The notes beneath the pieces were generated by a model. It had not been told where the DNA came from, searched no databases, and was given only the letters and a program-made list of their open reading frames with translations. From IMG/VR virus record IMGVR_UViG_3300009545_000018, positions 372,001-436,000 of that record: 64,000 nt of DNA; one strand, given 5' to 3'. The translations under genes and the position numbers were made by a program. Below, one piece after another: positions 31,683-41,780 of the stretch (position 1 is its first letter; the number at the start of each line of letters is the position of its first letter).

Positions 31683-32030
31683 ATGTCAGACAAAGGTAGT
31701 GATTCTAATCAAACAATATCTGAGGAATTTAAGGATCAATCATCTAAACATACGTTAAATAAATTTGAATATGATTTATATCATGAAGAAGATGATGTTG
31801 CTTTCAAAGTAATTAGAGTTAAACATATAGGTCTTCCTAATAAAGGTGATAAATGGAAGATTATGGAAGATAATAAAAGTATTTTTATAATTGAAGGAAA
31901 CAAATTAACAAAAAAAGAAAAAGATTTTTTAAAAACAGTTGATGGCATGAACTTTCTTATTTCACAATATAAGACTGGATTAAAATCTCTCAATTATTTA
32001 AAAAATGAAATGAAGAAAATTTTAAAATAA
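31683..32030 (+). CDS. Hypothetical protein
   Basis: 115-aa ORF with GAGGA RBS. Confidence 0.65.
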   Translation: MSDKGSDSNQTISEEFKDQSSKHTLNKFEYDLYHEEDDVAFKVIRVKHIGLPNKGDKWKIMEDNKSIFIIEGNKLTKKEKDFLKTVDGMNFLISQYKTGLKSLNYLKNEMKKILK

Positions 32031-32036
32031 TAAAGC

Positions 32037-32064
32037 TTGACATAAATATTTTCATGTTTAAACT
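32037..32064 (+). promoter_or_regulatory. sigma70-type promoter
   Basis: TTGACA-N16-TAAACT, then AGGAGG RBS before 32088. Confidence 0.55.
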
Positions 32065-32087
32065 AAAGCAGCTAAAATTTAGGAGGC

Positions 32088-32708
32088 ATGATGAATAATT
32101 ACGTTATTTACGTAGCAGATACTGAAACTACTGGTCTTGATGATAGAGTTTATGATATTATTGAGTTATCTCTTTATCGATTATCTGATGAAACTCAAAA
32201 AACTTGGTTTCTTAAGCCAACAAATGTAGATCATATTGATGATGGCGCATTAAGAATTAATGGTCATAAAAAAGAAGATCTATTACATCAAACTAAATAT
32301 GGGAGAGATACTTATTTAGATTCTAGTAAAGTTATTGTGGATATTGAAAATTGGATGATGGAAGATGGCGTTCCACACACTAATAGAATTTTAGTTGGTC
32401 ATAATGTTTCATTTGATCGTTCTTTTATGGAACAATTATGGATTAAATGTCAATCAAAAGATTCTTTTCCATTTGGTAGAAGATTTTTAGACACTATGAC
32501 CGTTGAACTATTTTTAGACTTTTGCAAAGGAGAAATGGCAGAAGGTTATAGCTTAAATAATTTAACTAAAAAATATGGTGTAAAAAATGAAAAAGCACAT
32601 AGTGCAGCAGCAGATACTAAAGCAACTAGAGAAACTTTTGGTAAACAAGTAGATTATTTTAAAAAGATTTTAAATGTACATAATAAAAATTTAAGTTTAG
32701 ATGTATAA
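32088..32708 (+). CDS. DEDDh 3'-5' exonuclease (DnaQ-like)
   Basis: ADTETTGL, GHNVSFD, HSAAADT. Confidence 0.88.
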   Translation: MMNNYVIYVADTETTGLDDRVYDIIELSLYRLSDETQKTWFLKPTNVDHIDDGALRINGHKKEDLLHQTKYGRDTYLDSSKVIVDIENWMMEDGVPHTNRILVGHNVSFDRSFMEQLWIKCQSKDSFPFGRRFLDTMTVELFLDFCKGEMAEGYSLNNLTKKYGVKNEKAHSAAADTKATRETFGKQVDYFKKILNVHNKNLSLDV

Positions 32709-33675
32709 AATATTATATGCTGCTAATAATACGCTTAATTCTATAATTCAATTAAATAGATTTTTAAAGGCTATTGAAAATAAACCATTTACTATAAAAA
32801 TAGCAGCATATAAAAACTCTATTAAATCATCTAATGTGGATTGGACATTAAATTGTTTGCATAATTACTTTGATAAAGATAAATTAAGTTTAGATAATGA
32901 ATATTTTATAAATTATTACAATAGCATTAAATCATTTAATCCAGATTTAATTATTAGTGATTTAGAATATTTTACATCTTTTGCTGCCACCGATTTAGGA
33001 ATACCACTTTGGCAGTGTAGCTCATCTTTATTGAACTATGCTTTGCCATGGAGAGAAAAATATAGTTTAAATGTATTTTCTAATTATTCATATTTATTAT
33101 ATAGAAGATCTAATCAAAAATATGTAAACATAATAAATAATTCAGATCTAAATTTAGTTTATTCTCATTTTGGTGATACAAAAGATCCTCCAAAGCTCAA
33201 ACAAAATTTTGAATGGATTAGACCATATGCTTATATTGGTAACAAATCTGTTCCCTGTAAACATAATATTGTAGGGGCACTTTTATCTAATAATAAAAAA
33301 ATATTTAAAAATTTAAATAATATTTATGATACTATTGCCTTTACGCCCCATATAAATGAAAAATATTCAAATTTAAAATTAAAAGATATAGATGATAATG
33401 AAGAATATCAGTGTAACGTGAAAAATTGTAATTTATTTTTGTGTGAAGGACAAACTAGTTTTTTAGCGGATGCATTTTATAATAATAAATTTGCTTTAGT
33501 TGTACCGAATTTGCATGATACTGAATGTATTGTAAATAGTATGTATTCTGAAAAAATCGGATTAAGTAAAAATATCTATAATGATATAAATCTATCTAAA
33601 ATAGATTATCAAGAAATTAATTATTCTTTAAATGATAAAGTTTATTACCTTCATGAAAGGTTAGATCAAATATGA
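32701..33675 (+). CDS. Divergent GT-B glycosyltransferase-like protein
   Basis: FNPDLIISDLE, EGQTSFLADA, ALVVP. Confidence 0.5.
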   Translation: MYKILYAANNTLNSIIQLNRFLKAIENKPFTIKIAAYKNSIKSSNVDWTLNCLHNYFDKDKLSLDNEYFINYYNSIKSFNPDLIISDLEYFTSFAATDLGIPLWQCSSSLLNYALPWREKYSLNVFSNYSYLLYRRSNQKYVNIINNSDLNLVYSHFGDTKDPPKLKQNFEWIRPYAYIGNKSVPCKHNIVGALLSNNKKIFKNLNNIYDTIAFTPHINEKYSNLKLKDIDDNEEYQCNVKNCNLFLCEGQTSFLADAFYNNKFALVVPNLHDTECIVNSMYSEKIGLSKNIYNDINLSKIDYQEINYSLNDKVYYLHERLDQI

Positions 33676-34361
33676 AATATGTAGCGTTTGATATTGGTGA
33701 CGTTTTATGTCATTGTTTCGAAGACAAATTTTTAAATGCAGTTTCAGAAAGCGCCAATATATCTATTGATGATGCTTTGAGATTTTTTAAAAGATTTTGG
33801 GAGCATCATGACTTAGGATTTACAACTATTGAAGATGAACTCAAAGACAAATTGAATATCAAATCAGAAATAACTATTAAAAAACTTACTGATATTTGGA
33901 TGGATACCTTAGTTCCTAATAGGGAGATGTTTCAATTTTTAATACAAAAAATGTATACATATAAATCTATTTCTTGTAGTAAAAGAACTGATTTACAAGT
34001 AGCTTTATTATCTAATATTGGTAAGGAACATGCCGCTACTCTAAAAGAAAAGTTTGATAATCAAACGTATACTTGTAGTTTTGGGTTATTTGATGATTGT
34101 ATAAAGCATTTAAGTTTTGAGGTAGGGGCTAGAAAACCATCTTTAATATATTATCAAAGTTTCTTATCTCTACATCCAGAATTTACTGGGTGTGTATATG
34201 TAGATGATAGAGAAGAAAACCTTATAACTGCTGAAAAACTAGGATTTCATCCATTTAAATTTAGCTTAAAAAATTATACAAAAGATAATTATGTTAATTT
34301 TAATGATGAAAATAAAATGAAGGCAAAATTACTTGAACTCGATAAACTTATTTCAGCTTGA
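33672..34361 (+). CDS. HAD-superfamily hydrolase
   Basis: AFDIGDVL, LLSN, RKP, YVDDREEN. Confidence 0.8.
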   Translation: MKYVAFDIGDVLCHCFEDKFLNAVSESANISIDDALRFFKRFWEHHDLGFTTIEDELKDKLNIKSEITIKKLTDIWMDTLVPNREMFQFLIQKMYTYKSISCSKRTDLQVALLSNIGKEHAATLKEKFDNQTYTCSFGLFDDCIKHLSFEVGARKPSLIYYQSFLSLHPEFTGCVYVDDREENLITAEKLGFHPFKFSLKNYTKDNYVNFNDENKMKAKLLELDKLISA

Positions 34362-34399
34362 TATATAATCGTTTGTACTTCACATAACTAGGAAAATAG

Positions 34400-34876
34400 A
34401 TGGAAACCACAAACAAATTTCAAGCTCACGGGAATATAAAAGTAATTAATGGATCTATTTTAAATCCACATAATGCCGGATTAAGATTTGTATTATCTTT
34501 CAATAATCTAGCTGGCAAGCCTGAAGGAAACCCACTCTTACCTGTTTTTGATAAAAAATGGAAAAAAGTTAGAGAAGAAAGTCGTGGCTGGTTTACCAAT
34601 AAAACTGGCGCTTATAAGTTAGGCGCTATTAATACTACAGCTGTACAGTCAGACGTTTGGGTAGTTCATTTGCTTTGTCAAGATGATGCGCTTAAAGTAG
34701 ATTTAAGGGGATTAAAAAACGCCTTAAAAGCCACAGCTAAATTAGCTAAATATGAAAAAGCTACAATTCATGTTTCTGATATTTTAATTAAAACTGTTCC
34801 AGAATTATCTCAATTATTAGAAAGTACTGTTATATCAAATGGTATTTCTGTATCTTTTTATCAAGAGCCAGTGTAA
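34400..34876 (+). CDS. Macrodomain-like protein
   Basis: IKVINGSIL, G-x-N, LGAINTT..VWVVHLLCQ topology; motifs degenerate. Confidence 0.5.
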   Translation: METTNKFQAHGNIKVINGSILNPHNAGLRFVLSFNNLAGKPEGNPLLPVFDKKWKKVREESRGWFTNKTGAYKLGAINTTAVQSDVWVVHLLCQDDALKVDLRGLKNALKATAKLAKYEKATIHVSDILIKTVPELSQLLESTVISNGISVSFYQEPV

Positions 34877-34893
34877 TAATCTAGTATTATTGA

Positions 34894-35277
34894 ATGGCAA
34901 GACTGAAAGCTGGAGATCGTGTAAGCTGTAAGTTGAAAGAATCTAAAATCACAAGTCCATATGCTGACTTTGATGATATTAAAACATTTGAAATTATAGG
35001 TATTGATGAACATCTAAATGGATATTATTTATATATTCCATCTTATATTTTTGTTAAAGACTGTTTAAAAGTTGATAATTATAATTATAAAAAATTTAAT
35101 GTAGCCGCCAAATATATTGGTGATGACTATGTTTTTATCGAAGAAAAATTAGTACATCAGGTTGTTTTTATTCTCGAAGGTACCTGTTGTTTCCGTTGCA
35201 AAGAATTTTTTGATTATGTACAAAACACTGATGAAAAGTGGCTTTGTTATTCTTGCAATAAAGACCCTTATAGATAA
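34894..35277 (+). CDS. Hypothetical protein with C-terminal Cys cluster
   Basis: CCFRC...CYSC. Confidence 0.6.
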   Translation: MARLKAGDRVSCKLKESKITSPYADFDDIKTFEIIGIDEHLNGYYLYIPSYIFVKDCLKVDNYNYKKFNVAAKYIGDDYVFIEEKLVHQVVFILEGTCCFRCKEFFDYVQNTDEKWLCYSCNKDPYR

Positions 35278-35294
35278 TAATTTGTCATAATTAC

Positions 35295-35972
35295 ATGGCA
35301 TACTCTAACGATATGGATTTGCAAGGTTTGTTGCATGAAATGGTTGATCTTATTAAAGGAAATAAGAGTCAATCAGTTACATCAATAAATCCAGCTTCTC
35401 CAGTTATTGGATTTCAATCACCTATTAAAGGTAACTATTATAATTCTGGTAATTTTTCACCAAATACAGCCACTGATGCTAGACATGCGGGCGGGCACCA
35501 AGGCATAGATTTGAGAGCTAGTGGTGGTACACCAATTTATTCTATTGGACCAGGCATCGTTACATCTGTTGGTACCGACCCCAAAGGTGGTAATGTTATA
35601 AATATTTCTCATCCCCAGGGCATCAAATCATACTATGCTCACTTAGGAACGGTTAAAGTTCATAAAGGAGATAGAGTTGGGATGGATACTCAAATTGCTA
35701 CTATTGGAAATTCTGGAAATGCTAAAGGCACTTTTCCTCATTTACATATTCAAGTGTGGAAAGACGGTCAATTAATTGACCCTGGCACATTATTTCATGT
35801 TCCAAAGTATTCTAAAGTTGATTCAACTAAAGAAAAAGTATGGTTATCGGATCAAGCAAAAATACAAGCTGCTAATTTTGATATGAAATCTCATAAAGAA
35901 CAAAAGCTTGCATATCATCAACATGGTGAACTGATGGCTCTAGCTGATATGTTTGAAAATTTAACTAAATAA
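35295..35972 (+). CDS. M23-family (LytM) peptidase
   Basis: HQGID (HxxxD), YYAHL, PHLH (HxH). Confidence 0.9.
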   Translation: MAYSNDMDLQGLLHEMVDLIKGNKSQSVTSINPASPVIGFQSPIKGNYYNSGNFSPNTATDARHAGGHQGIDLRASGGTPIYSIGPGIVTSVGTDPKGGNVINISHPQGIKSYYAHLGTVKVHKGDRVGMDTQIATIGNSGNAKGTFPHLHIQVWKDGQLIDPGTLFHVPKYSKVDSTKEKVWLSDQAKIQAANFDMKSHKEQKLAYHQHGELMALADMFENLTK

Positions 35973-36288
35973 AAGATAATAATTTTATTTTTCTTTTAAA
36001 TTCTTCAGTATTTTTACATTCTATCTTCTTGCCTTCATACCAGTATTCATAAATACTATTTTGTCTATTAAGATAGAATTCATCAATGACAGCTGGACCA
36101 TCTATTCTGTGTCTTTTGCCATTTGAATAAAATTCAACTCTACCACTATTCCAAATAACTGCAGGAGCATCATCTCTATGAATTTTACCTTTATATAAAT
36201 AAATGTATTTAAAGTCTAAATCTTCTCTTGAAGTATACCACCATTTCTTTATAATACTAAAAAGAGTATAAATTTTCATAGTTACCAA
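35965..36288 (-). CDS. HRxDGPA-repeat protein with the shared tail
   Basis: HRDDAPAV, HRIDGPAV; ends EEFKRKIKLLSFI. Confidence 0.7.
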   Translation of the reverse strand: MVTMKIYTLFSIIKKWWYTSREDLDFKYIYLYKGKIHRDDAPAVIWNSGRVEFYSNGKRHRIDGPAVIDEFYLNRQNSIYEYWYEGKKIECKNTEEFKRKIKLLSFI

Positions 36289-36569
36289 AATGCTTTTAAT
36301 TTTAAAAGTTTTTCAAACTCTTCTTGAGAAGAACAATTTAATTTATTTCCTTCAATCCACCATTCTTTTTTATAACTATAACTAACGGCAGGACCAACCA
36401 AACTATGTTTGTAAGAGTCCTTAATGCCATTCTCATATGTTATGATTTTTGCACAAATAAAATCACCATTTGAATACTCAAACTTTTGAGTATCATCGTC
36501 ATAATTAATTAGTACAAATCCATTACCATTTGGATTAGTATAATCTCTTACATCAGAAATCTGTTTCAT
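36282..36569 (-). CDS. HRxDGPA-type protein with the shared tail
   Basis: HSLVGPAV, EWWIEG; ends SQEEFEKLLKLKAFW. Confidence 0.7.
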   Translation of the reverse strand: MKQISDVRDYTNPNGNGFVLINYDDDTQKFEYSNGDFICAKIITYENGIKDSYKHSLVGPAVSYSYKKEWWIEGNKLNCSSQEEFEKLLKLKAFW

Positions 36570-36572
36570 TTA

Positions 36573-37040
36573 TTATATTCTTTTATATATACAATATTTT
36601 AATGTAGGAGCATCATAAAGATATTCCCAAGAATCTAACTTAAAAACTGTTGGATCTATCCATGGAAACTTGACTGAATTAGAATTTTTTTCTTCATCTG
36701 GAGTAATAGTTAAATGAATCTCTTGTGCATATTTCATGCCTTCTTGATATATCTGAGCTCCACCAATTAACCAAATTTCTGCACTATGATTTAAATTATC
36801 TAATGCTGTAAATAAAGATGGATATACTTCTATATTTTCAATAGGTGTCGAACTAACAACTATATTTCTTCTTTTAGGCAGAGGCTTTCCTATACTCTCA
36901 AAAGTTTTTCTACCCATAACTACTATAGAATTAATAGTAAGACTTTTAAAAAGTTTCATGTCAGCAGGATAATTGAAGGGAATTTTACCATCCACACCAA
37001 TTACTCCATTACTAGTTACAGCAGCAATCATTTTAATCAT
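36573..37040 (-). CDS. folA: Dihydrofolate reductase
   Basis: IAAV..NGVIG...IP, DMKLFK, VVMGRKTFESIGKPLPKRRNIV, IGGAQIY. Confidence 0.95.
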   Translation of the reverse strand: MIKMIAAVTSNGVIGVDGKIPFNYPADMKLFKSLTINSIVVMGRKTFESIGKPLPKRRNIVVSSTPIENIEVYPSLFTALDNLNHSAEIWLIGGAQIYQEGMKYAQEIHLTITPDEEKNSNSVKFPWIDPTVFKLDSWEYLYDAPTLKYCIYKRI

Positions 37041-37046
37041 ATTAGC

Positions 37047-37376
37047 TCACATAAATATTAAAAGTTTTCTATATTTTTCTACTTTTTCTTGAAATTCATC
37101 CCACCATTCAGGGCATTCACTTCTACATTTTACAGTATAGTTTTTTAAATTTAAAACAAGGTTATTATAAATAATTACTTCAGGATTTATATTATGTCTT
37201 GCTTTATTGGCGGATTCACTTAAAAAGAAATATTTAAATAACAGTTCAACAAAGTTTTGAACTGTGCCTTTACATATAATTATTTTATCTTTATAAACAT
37301 TCACTTCAGCAGATTCATCAGAAGAAAGTATAGTAAGATATTCATTATGTGCTGAATATAATATAACTGACTTCAT
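37047..37376 (-). CDS. Hypothetical protein with the shared tail, between thyA and folA
   Basis: ends KVEKYRKLLIFM. Confidence 0.7.
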   Translation of the reverse strand: MKSVILYSAHNEYLTILSSDESAEVNVYKDKIIICKGTVQNFVELLFKYFFLSESANKARHNINPEVIIYNNLVLNLKNYTVKCRSECPEWWDEFQEKVEKYRKLLIFM

Positions 37377-38278
37377 ATTGCCATAACTGCTTTAATGGCT
37401 GGATGGCTTATATATCCGTTTATTTTAAAATCTTCAAAAGACAATAATTCAATATCTGCTACTGAATTTAAATCTTTATTAATTTCTAACATAGGAAACG
37501 CATAAGGCTCCCTAGATATTTGTTCATTTACTTGTTCTTGATGGTTTAAATAAATATGAGTATCACCGCCACTAAATATTAATTCTTTAGATATTAAGCC
37601 TACTGTTTTGGCTATAATATGATTCATTATAGCATAGCTCATAATATTAAATGGTAAACCTAAAAAGGTATCAACTGAACGCATATAAAAATGAGATGAT
37701 AGTTGTCCATTATCTACATAGTATTGAGCGAGGATATGACATGGCGGAAGTGCCATTTGTTCTAATTGGTTTGGATTCCAAGCAGAGATAATGTGACGCC
37801 GTCCGTTTGGATCTTTTTTAAGACCATCTATTAGATTAGCTAATTGATCAGTTCCATCAAAAGACACAGCTGTGTAATGTTTGTTGCCTTCAAAACATAC
37901 TTTGTGGGCGCCTCCATCAAAATTACGCCATTGATATCCATAACCTTTACCCATATCACCTTCTGGTAAGTGAGTTAGCCCACGCTTATCTAAAAATTCT
38001 CTGGTAGTATTACCTTTCCAAATATTAACTCCCTTAGCCTCTAATTGCTTGGTGTCTGTATCGCCCCGTAAGAAAAATAATAGTTCCTCAATAACTCCCT
38101 TAGAAAACATTTTCTTGGTAGTTAACATTGGAATTTTATTATTTTTTAAAGAGAAGCGCAATTGAGTTCCAAAGATAGAACGAGTTCCAATGCCCGTTCT
38201 ATCTTTTCTCTCAGAACCATTCTCAACAATATTTTTTAATAATTTTAAATATTCTTTTTCTTCAAAGCAATCTTGCAT
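37373..38278 (-). CDS. thyA: Thymidylate synthase
   Basis: DRTGIGT, YGYQWR, ALPPCH, RSVD..LGLPFN, DTHIYLNH. Confidence 0.96.
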   Translation of the reverse strand: MQDCFEEKEYLKLLKNIVENGSERKDRTGIGTRSIFGTQLRFSLKNNKIPMLTTKKMFSKGVIEELLFFLRGDTDTKQLEAKGVNIWKGNTTREFLDKRGLTHLPEGDMGKGYGYQWRNFDGGAHKVCFEGNKHYTAVSFDGTDQLANLIDGLKKDPNGRRHIISAWNPNQLEQMALPPCHILAQYYVDNGQLSSHFYMRSVDTFLGLPFNIMSYAIMNHIIAKTVGLISKELIFSGGDTHIYLNHQEQVNEQISREPYAFPMLEINKDLNSVADIELLSFEDFKINGYISHPAIKAVMAI

Positions 38279-38484
38279 TATCTTTCTCTTTCTTTACTCA
38301 AAGAATCTGAATAAACAGAAGCAAAGGAAATTAAAGCCGTAGCAAAAGCACAAATAATTAATGTTACAATCCAATCAGCCCCAAATGATCTAGCGGCACC
38401 TGCAACTATTACATTAATACCAGCATGATATGCAAAAATTATTAAAAATAATATTAAGTATTTAGTTAACTTACTCTTTATCAT
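38278..38484 (-). CDS. Small membrane protein (2 TM)
   Basis: Two hydrophobic stretches; probable ATG at 38484. Confidence 0.55.
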   Translation of the reverse strand: MIKSKLTKYLILFLIIFAYHAGINVIVAGAARSFGADWIVTLIICAFATALISFASVYSDSLSKERER

Positions 38485-38668
38485 TATTTTTACCGAAAAA
38501 ATACAAAAAATCTTTGTAAACAAAAACACTAGTTCCTAGTGCAATCATAAAACAAACCAAAACCATAATTGGAATTTTAACTACTATTCCCCAGACAAAA
38601 CCAGCTACTAGGGCAAGAAAAGTGATAAGTGTCAATATAGCTAATACTACTCTAAAATATGTATTCAT
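38471..38668 (-). CDS. Small membrane protein (2 TM)
   Basis: Hydrophobic 65-aa ORF. Confidence 0.55.
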   Translation of the reverse strand: MNTYFRVVLAILTLITFLALVAGFVWGIVVKIPIMVLVCFMIALGTSVFVYKDFLYFFGKNNDKE

Positions 38669-38677
38669 TTTTATACC

Positions 38678-39745
38678 TCATAATTTAACATCGTGTGGAA
38701 GAGATTCTCTCAAACCAGCATTCGTAATTCTAACAAACTGTGGATCTTCTTTTAATTGTGTCAAGTTGGAAGATCCTTGATAAGAGCATCCGGAACGAAC
38801 ACCCTCTAACAACTTATTTAAAACATCTTTAAATTTACCCTTACAATCAACAAAAGCCGCCACCCCCTCTATATGGTTGGCTTTGTGAGTTGAGCTTCCC
38901 ACATATTGTTTGTGTGGAGTTCCATTAACCAATATAATTTCTCCTGGAGTTTCTTCACAGCCTGCAAAAAGATTCCCAGACATTACCATATCTGCAAAAC
39001 ATAATGCTTTGGTGAGATCTCCGGAATTTTTAATTCCACCATCAGCAATAAAAGGAAAATCTCTATTTAATCCAGCAGCCCTAGCACGAACAATCATTTG
39101 TTTTTTAACTTCAGCCACTTCCATAATAGCTGTTAATTGAGGCACACCATTACCTGTTTCAATTCTTGTAGTACAAAGTGAACCTGGACCCACCCCAATT
39201 TTTATTACATCAGCTCCAGCTTCCCATAAATTTCTAGCCCCAGAACCAGTAGCAACATTTCCTGCAATTACAATAGTATCGGAATATTTATTTTTAATCC
39301 AAGAAATCATTTCCACACAATGAGAAGAATCTCCATGAGCAATATCAATGCAAATGATCTTAACTCCAACCTCACTAAACATATCAACAATCTCTCTGTC
39401 ATTACTTTTAACGCCAACCGAAACTCCGATATATTGCGGTCCATAACGATGGATTAAATCTTTTGTTATTCTTATTTGATCTTCTAACGGCATGAATCTA
39501 TGAAGAATGGCTAATCCTTTAGTTTCAGCAATTTGTGCTGCCATTTCCATTCCAGTGATGGTTTTCATATTAGCTGGAATAATTGGATGTTCGTAAGTAT
39601 AATTACCAATTTTAACTGATATGTCTACCTGTGAACGACTTTTTAATGTTGAATGTTTAGGGACCATTAAAACATCATCAAATACAAGACCGTCTTTAAT
39701 CATTAAACTCTCCGAATTGTGACACCAGGAAAGATATATCATCAT
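38678..39745 (-). CDS. IMP dehydrogenase / GMP reductase family, without CBS pair
   Basis: [36 protein letters not shown]; IMPDH versus GMPR not resolvable by eye. Confidence 0.88.
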   Translation of the reverse strand: MMIYLSWCHNSESLMIKDGLVFDDVLMVPKHSTLKSRSQVDISVKIGNYTYEHPIIPANMKTITGMEMAAQIAETKGLAILHRFMPLEDQIRITKDLIHRYGPQYIGVSVGVKSNDREIVDMFSEVGVKIICIDIAHGDSSHCVEMISWIKNKYSDTIVIAGNVATGSGARNLWEAGADVIKIGVGPGSLCTTRIETGNGVPQLTAIMEVAEVKKQMIVRARAAGLNRDFPFIADGGIKNSGDLTKALCFADMVMSGNLFAGCEETPGEIILVNGTPHKQYVGSSTHKANHIEGVAAFVDCKGKFKDVLNKLLEGVRSGCSYQGSSNLTQLKEDPQFVRITNAGLRESLPHDVKL

Positions 39746-39834
39746 CTTATTTTTGCAATAGATTCAATATATTATAAAATATCTAACTATAATTTAAAAT
39801 AATTAATTAACAAAAATTAATTATATGGCTTTCA

Positions 39835-40185
39835 TTGCATTTTTATGAGGTTATTATGATAAAAGGAACCATTATATTATTATCTTTATTTGCTCTGCAT
39901 GATTGTACTCCAACAATTGGATCAGATCCTGTACCGCCTAAACCAACTCCAATTCCTACAGATACCGGAATGTGTCAATCAGCAGAAGATCATTTAACAC
40001 AAATGTGTAAATCTGACCCACAAACAAATTCATATTGTTGTGCAGTAGTTGCTCCAACTAAAAAGGGTAAATCTTTTAGTCAATTTTGTCAAGATAAACA
40101 AAATGATGGCGTATCATTAAATCCAAAATGTTTATCTGAAGTTAAATCTTGTGGGGAAATAGATTCTTGTACTGGATCAAAGTGA
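39835..40185 (+). CDS. Cys-rich secreted/lipoprotein-like protein
   Basis: Signal-like MIKGTIILLSLFALHDC, Pro-rich linker, 8 further Cys. Confidence 0.6.
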   Translation: MHFYEVIMIKGTIILLSLFALHDCTPTIGSDPVPPKPTPIPTDTGMCQSAEDHLTQMCKSDPQTNSYCCAVVAPTKKGKSFSQFCQDKQNDGVSLNPKCLSEVKSCGEIDSCTGSK

Positions 40186-40192
40186 GGATAAC

Positions 40193-41014
40193 ATGATGAA
40201 ATTAAATGGCTGCATATTTGTAAAAGACCACACTAACCCACATCACCCTCTAGCTGTTCAAAGAGATGCTAAAATAGAGACTTTTGTACCCAGTGATACT
40301 TTAAAGAAATTAGGGGCAAGTAATACATCAGATTTATATATGATTCCCGAGTATACTCCAATTAGTGATCAAGGACCCCTTAGCTCTTGTGTTGCCAATG
40401 CTACCGCAGATGCTTTTGAAATTATCAAAGGTTTAGAAAATCCAAATAAAGTAAAACAATTAAGCAGATTGTTTATCTATTGGAATGCTCGCTTATATAG
40501 CAAAGATACAGATAAAGATGAAGGCACATACGTTATGTATGCCATGGATTCTTTATCTCAATATGGTGTTTGCGAAGAAACAACTTGGGGATATGATCCT
40601 AACAAAGTATTTGCTCAACCTAATATTGTGTCTTATAAAGAAGCAGATGATAATACATTAAAGATCGATAATTATTATAAAATAAGAACCTTAGATCAAT
40701 ACAGATTAAATGATATTGAAACTGCTTTACGAGCAAATCATCCAGTTATTTTTGGAACTAAAGTAAATCAAGATTTTGCTAACTTTGGTGGCGGCGACGA
40801 TGCTTTTCCTGAACCTACCAATTATGTAGGTGGGCACGCAATGGTTATCGTAGGAGTTAGAACCAAGAACAATAATAAAGAGTTTTGTATTAGAAATTCT
40901 TGGAGCAGTAGCTGGGGAAATAGTGGTCATGCATGGTTAAGTAGCAATTATATTACTTCTAATTATACAGATGACCTTTATGTTCCTACAATAATGCCAG
41001 ATTTGTTAAAGTGA
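40193..41014 (+). CDS. Papain-like (C1A) cysteine peptidase
   Basis: DQGPLSSCVANA (Q, C), GGHAM (H), RNSWSSSWG (N). Confidence 0.9.
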   Translation: MMKLNGCIFVKDHTNPHHPLAVQRDAKIETFVPSDTLKKLGASNTSDLYMIPEYTPISDQGPLSSCVANATADAFEIIKGLENPNKVKQLSRLFIYWNARLYSKDTDKDEGTYVMYAMDSLSQYGVCEETTWGYDPNKVFAQPNIVSYKEADDNTLKIDNYYKIRTLDQYRLNDIETALRANHPVIFGTKVNQDFANFGGGDDAFPEPTNYVGGHAMVIVGVRTKNNNKEFCIRNSWSSSWGNSGHAWLSSNYITSNYTDDLYVPTIMPDLLK

Positions 41015-41021
41015 GATAATT

Positions 41022-41780
41022 ATGGGTCACTTAATACCAGATAGAGATATCAACTGTGTTGGCGGTAAACAATTTATCACTGATAACATTAATGATAATG
41101 GACAAAATAGAGAAGATAATATTATAAAAGAGGCATTGAAAGGAAATATACCTTCCTTTTTAAGAAATTTTGTTAGCATATCTATTGTTGAAAATACTGA
41201 TAATATAACTTATTTGGTTATGCCTGATGTCTTTTCTATTGGTAGTGATGATGATTTTGTTAGAATGCCAATGAACCCATTAACTGCTAAAAAAATATGT
41301 GATAAATATAATTGTATTTTGCCAACTAAGAAAATGTGTGATCAGATTTGGAAGGCAGCCACTATTAAAATAGAGCCACAACCAAAAGGTCCACCTTATG
41401 ATATGAGTATGTTAGCCAGCCAAACTTATTTAGATCATAATAATAAAATTGAAAAACAATTAATTGGCAAACCACGTGGCGAATTAGTATCTGGACATAA
41501 AAAAGACGTTATCTTTGATAAAATTTTATTGACAAAAAAAGATAATGTTGTTATTTATGGATGGTTTCATCTTAATGGAACCCCCATTCAAGGACCATTA
41601 CCTAATAGTTCGAGTCATAATGTACACTACCGCGACTATTCTCATGGAATAAGATTAATTGCTCAAGATGTAATTGTTAATGGTCAGGTTAAAAATATTT
41701 ATGATGTGCTAAATGATCCTAGTTTATGTCATTTAATCAGTCATGAAGGCTCTTATGATGCGAAAGGGTTTTATCAATAA
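41022..41780 (+). CDS. Hypothetical enzyme-like protein
   Basis: LPTKKMCDQIW, SGHKKD, IYGW, YRDYSHGIRL look like conserved catalytic segments; function unknown. Confidence 0.6.
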   Translation: MGHLIPDRDINCVGGKQFITDNINDNGQNREDNIIKEALKGNIPSFLRNFVSISIVENTDNITYLVMPDVFSIGSDDDFVRMPMNPLTAKKICDKYNCILPTKKMCDQIWKAATIKIEPQPKGPPYDMSMLASQTYLDHNNKIEKQLIGKPRGELVSGHKKDVIFDKILLTKKDNVVIYGWFHLNGTPIQGPLPNSSSHNVHYRDYSHGIRLIAQDVIVNGQVKNIYDVLNDPSLCHLISHEGSYDAKGFYQ

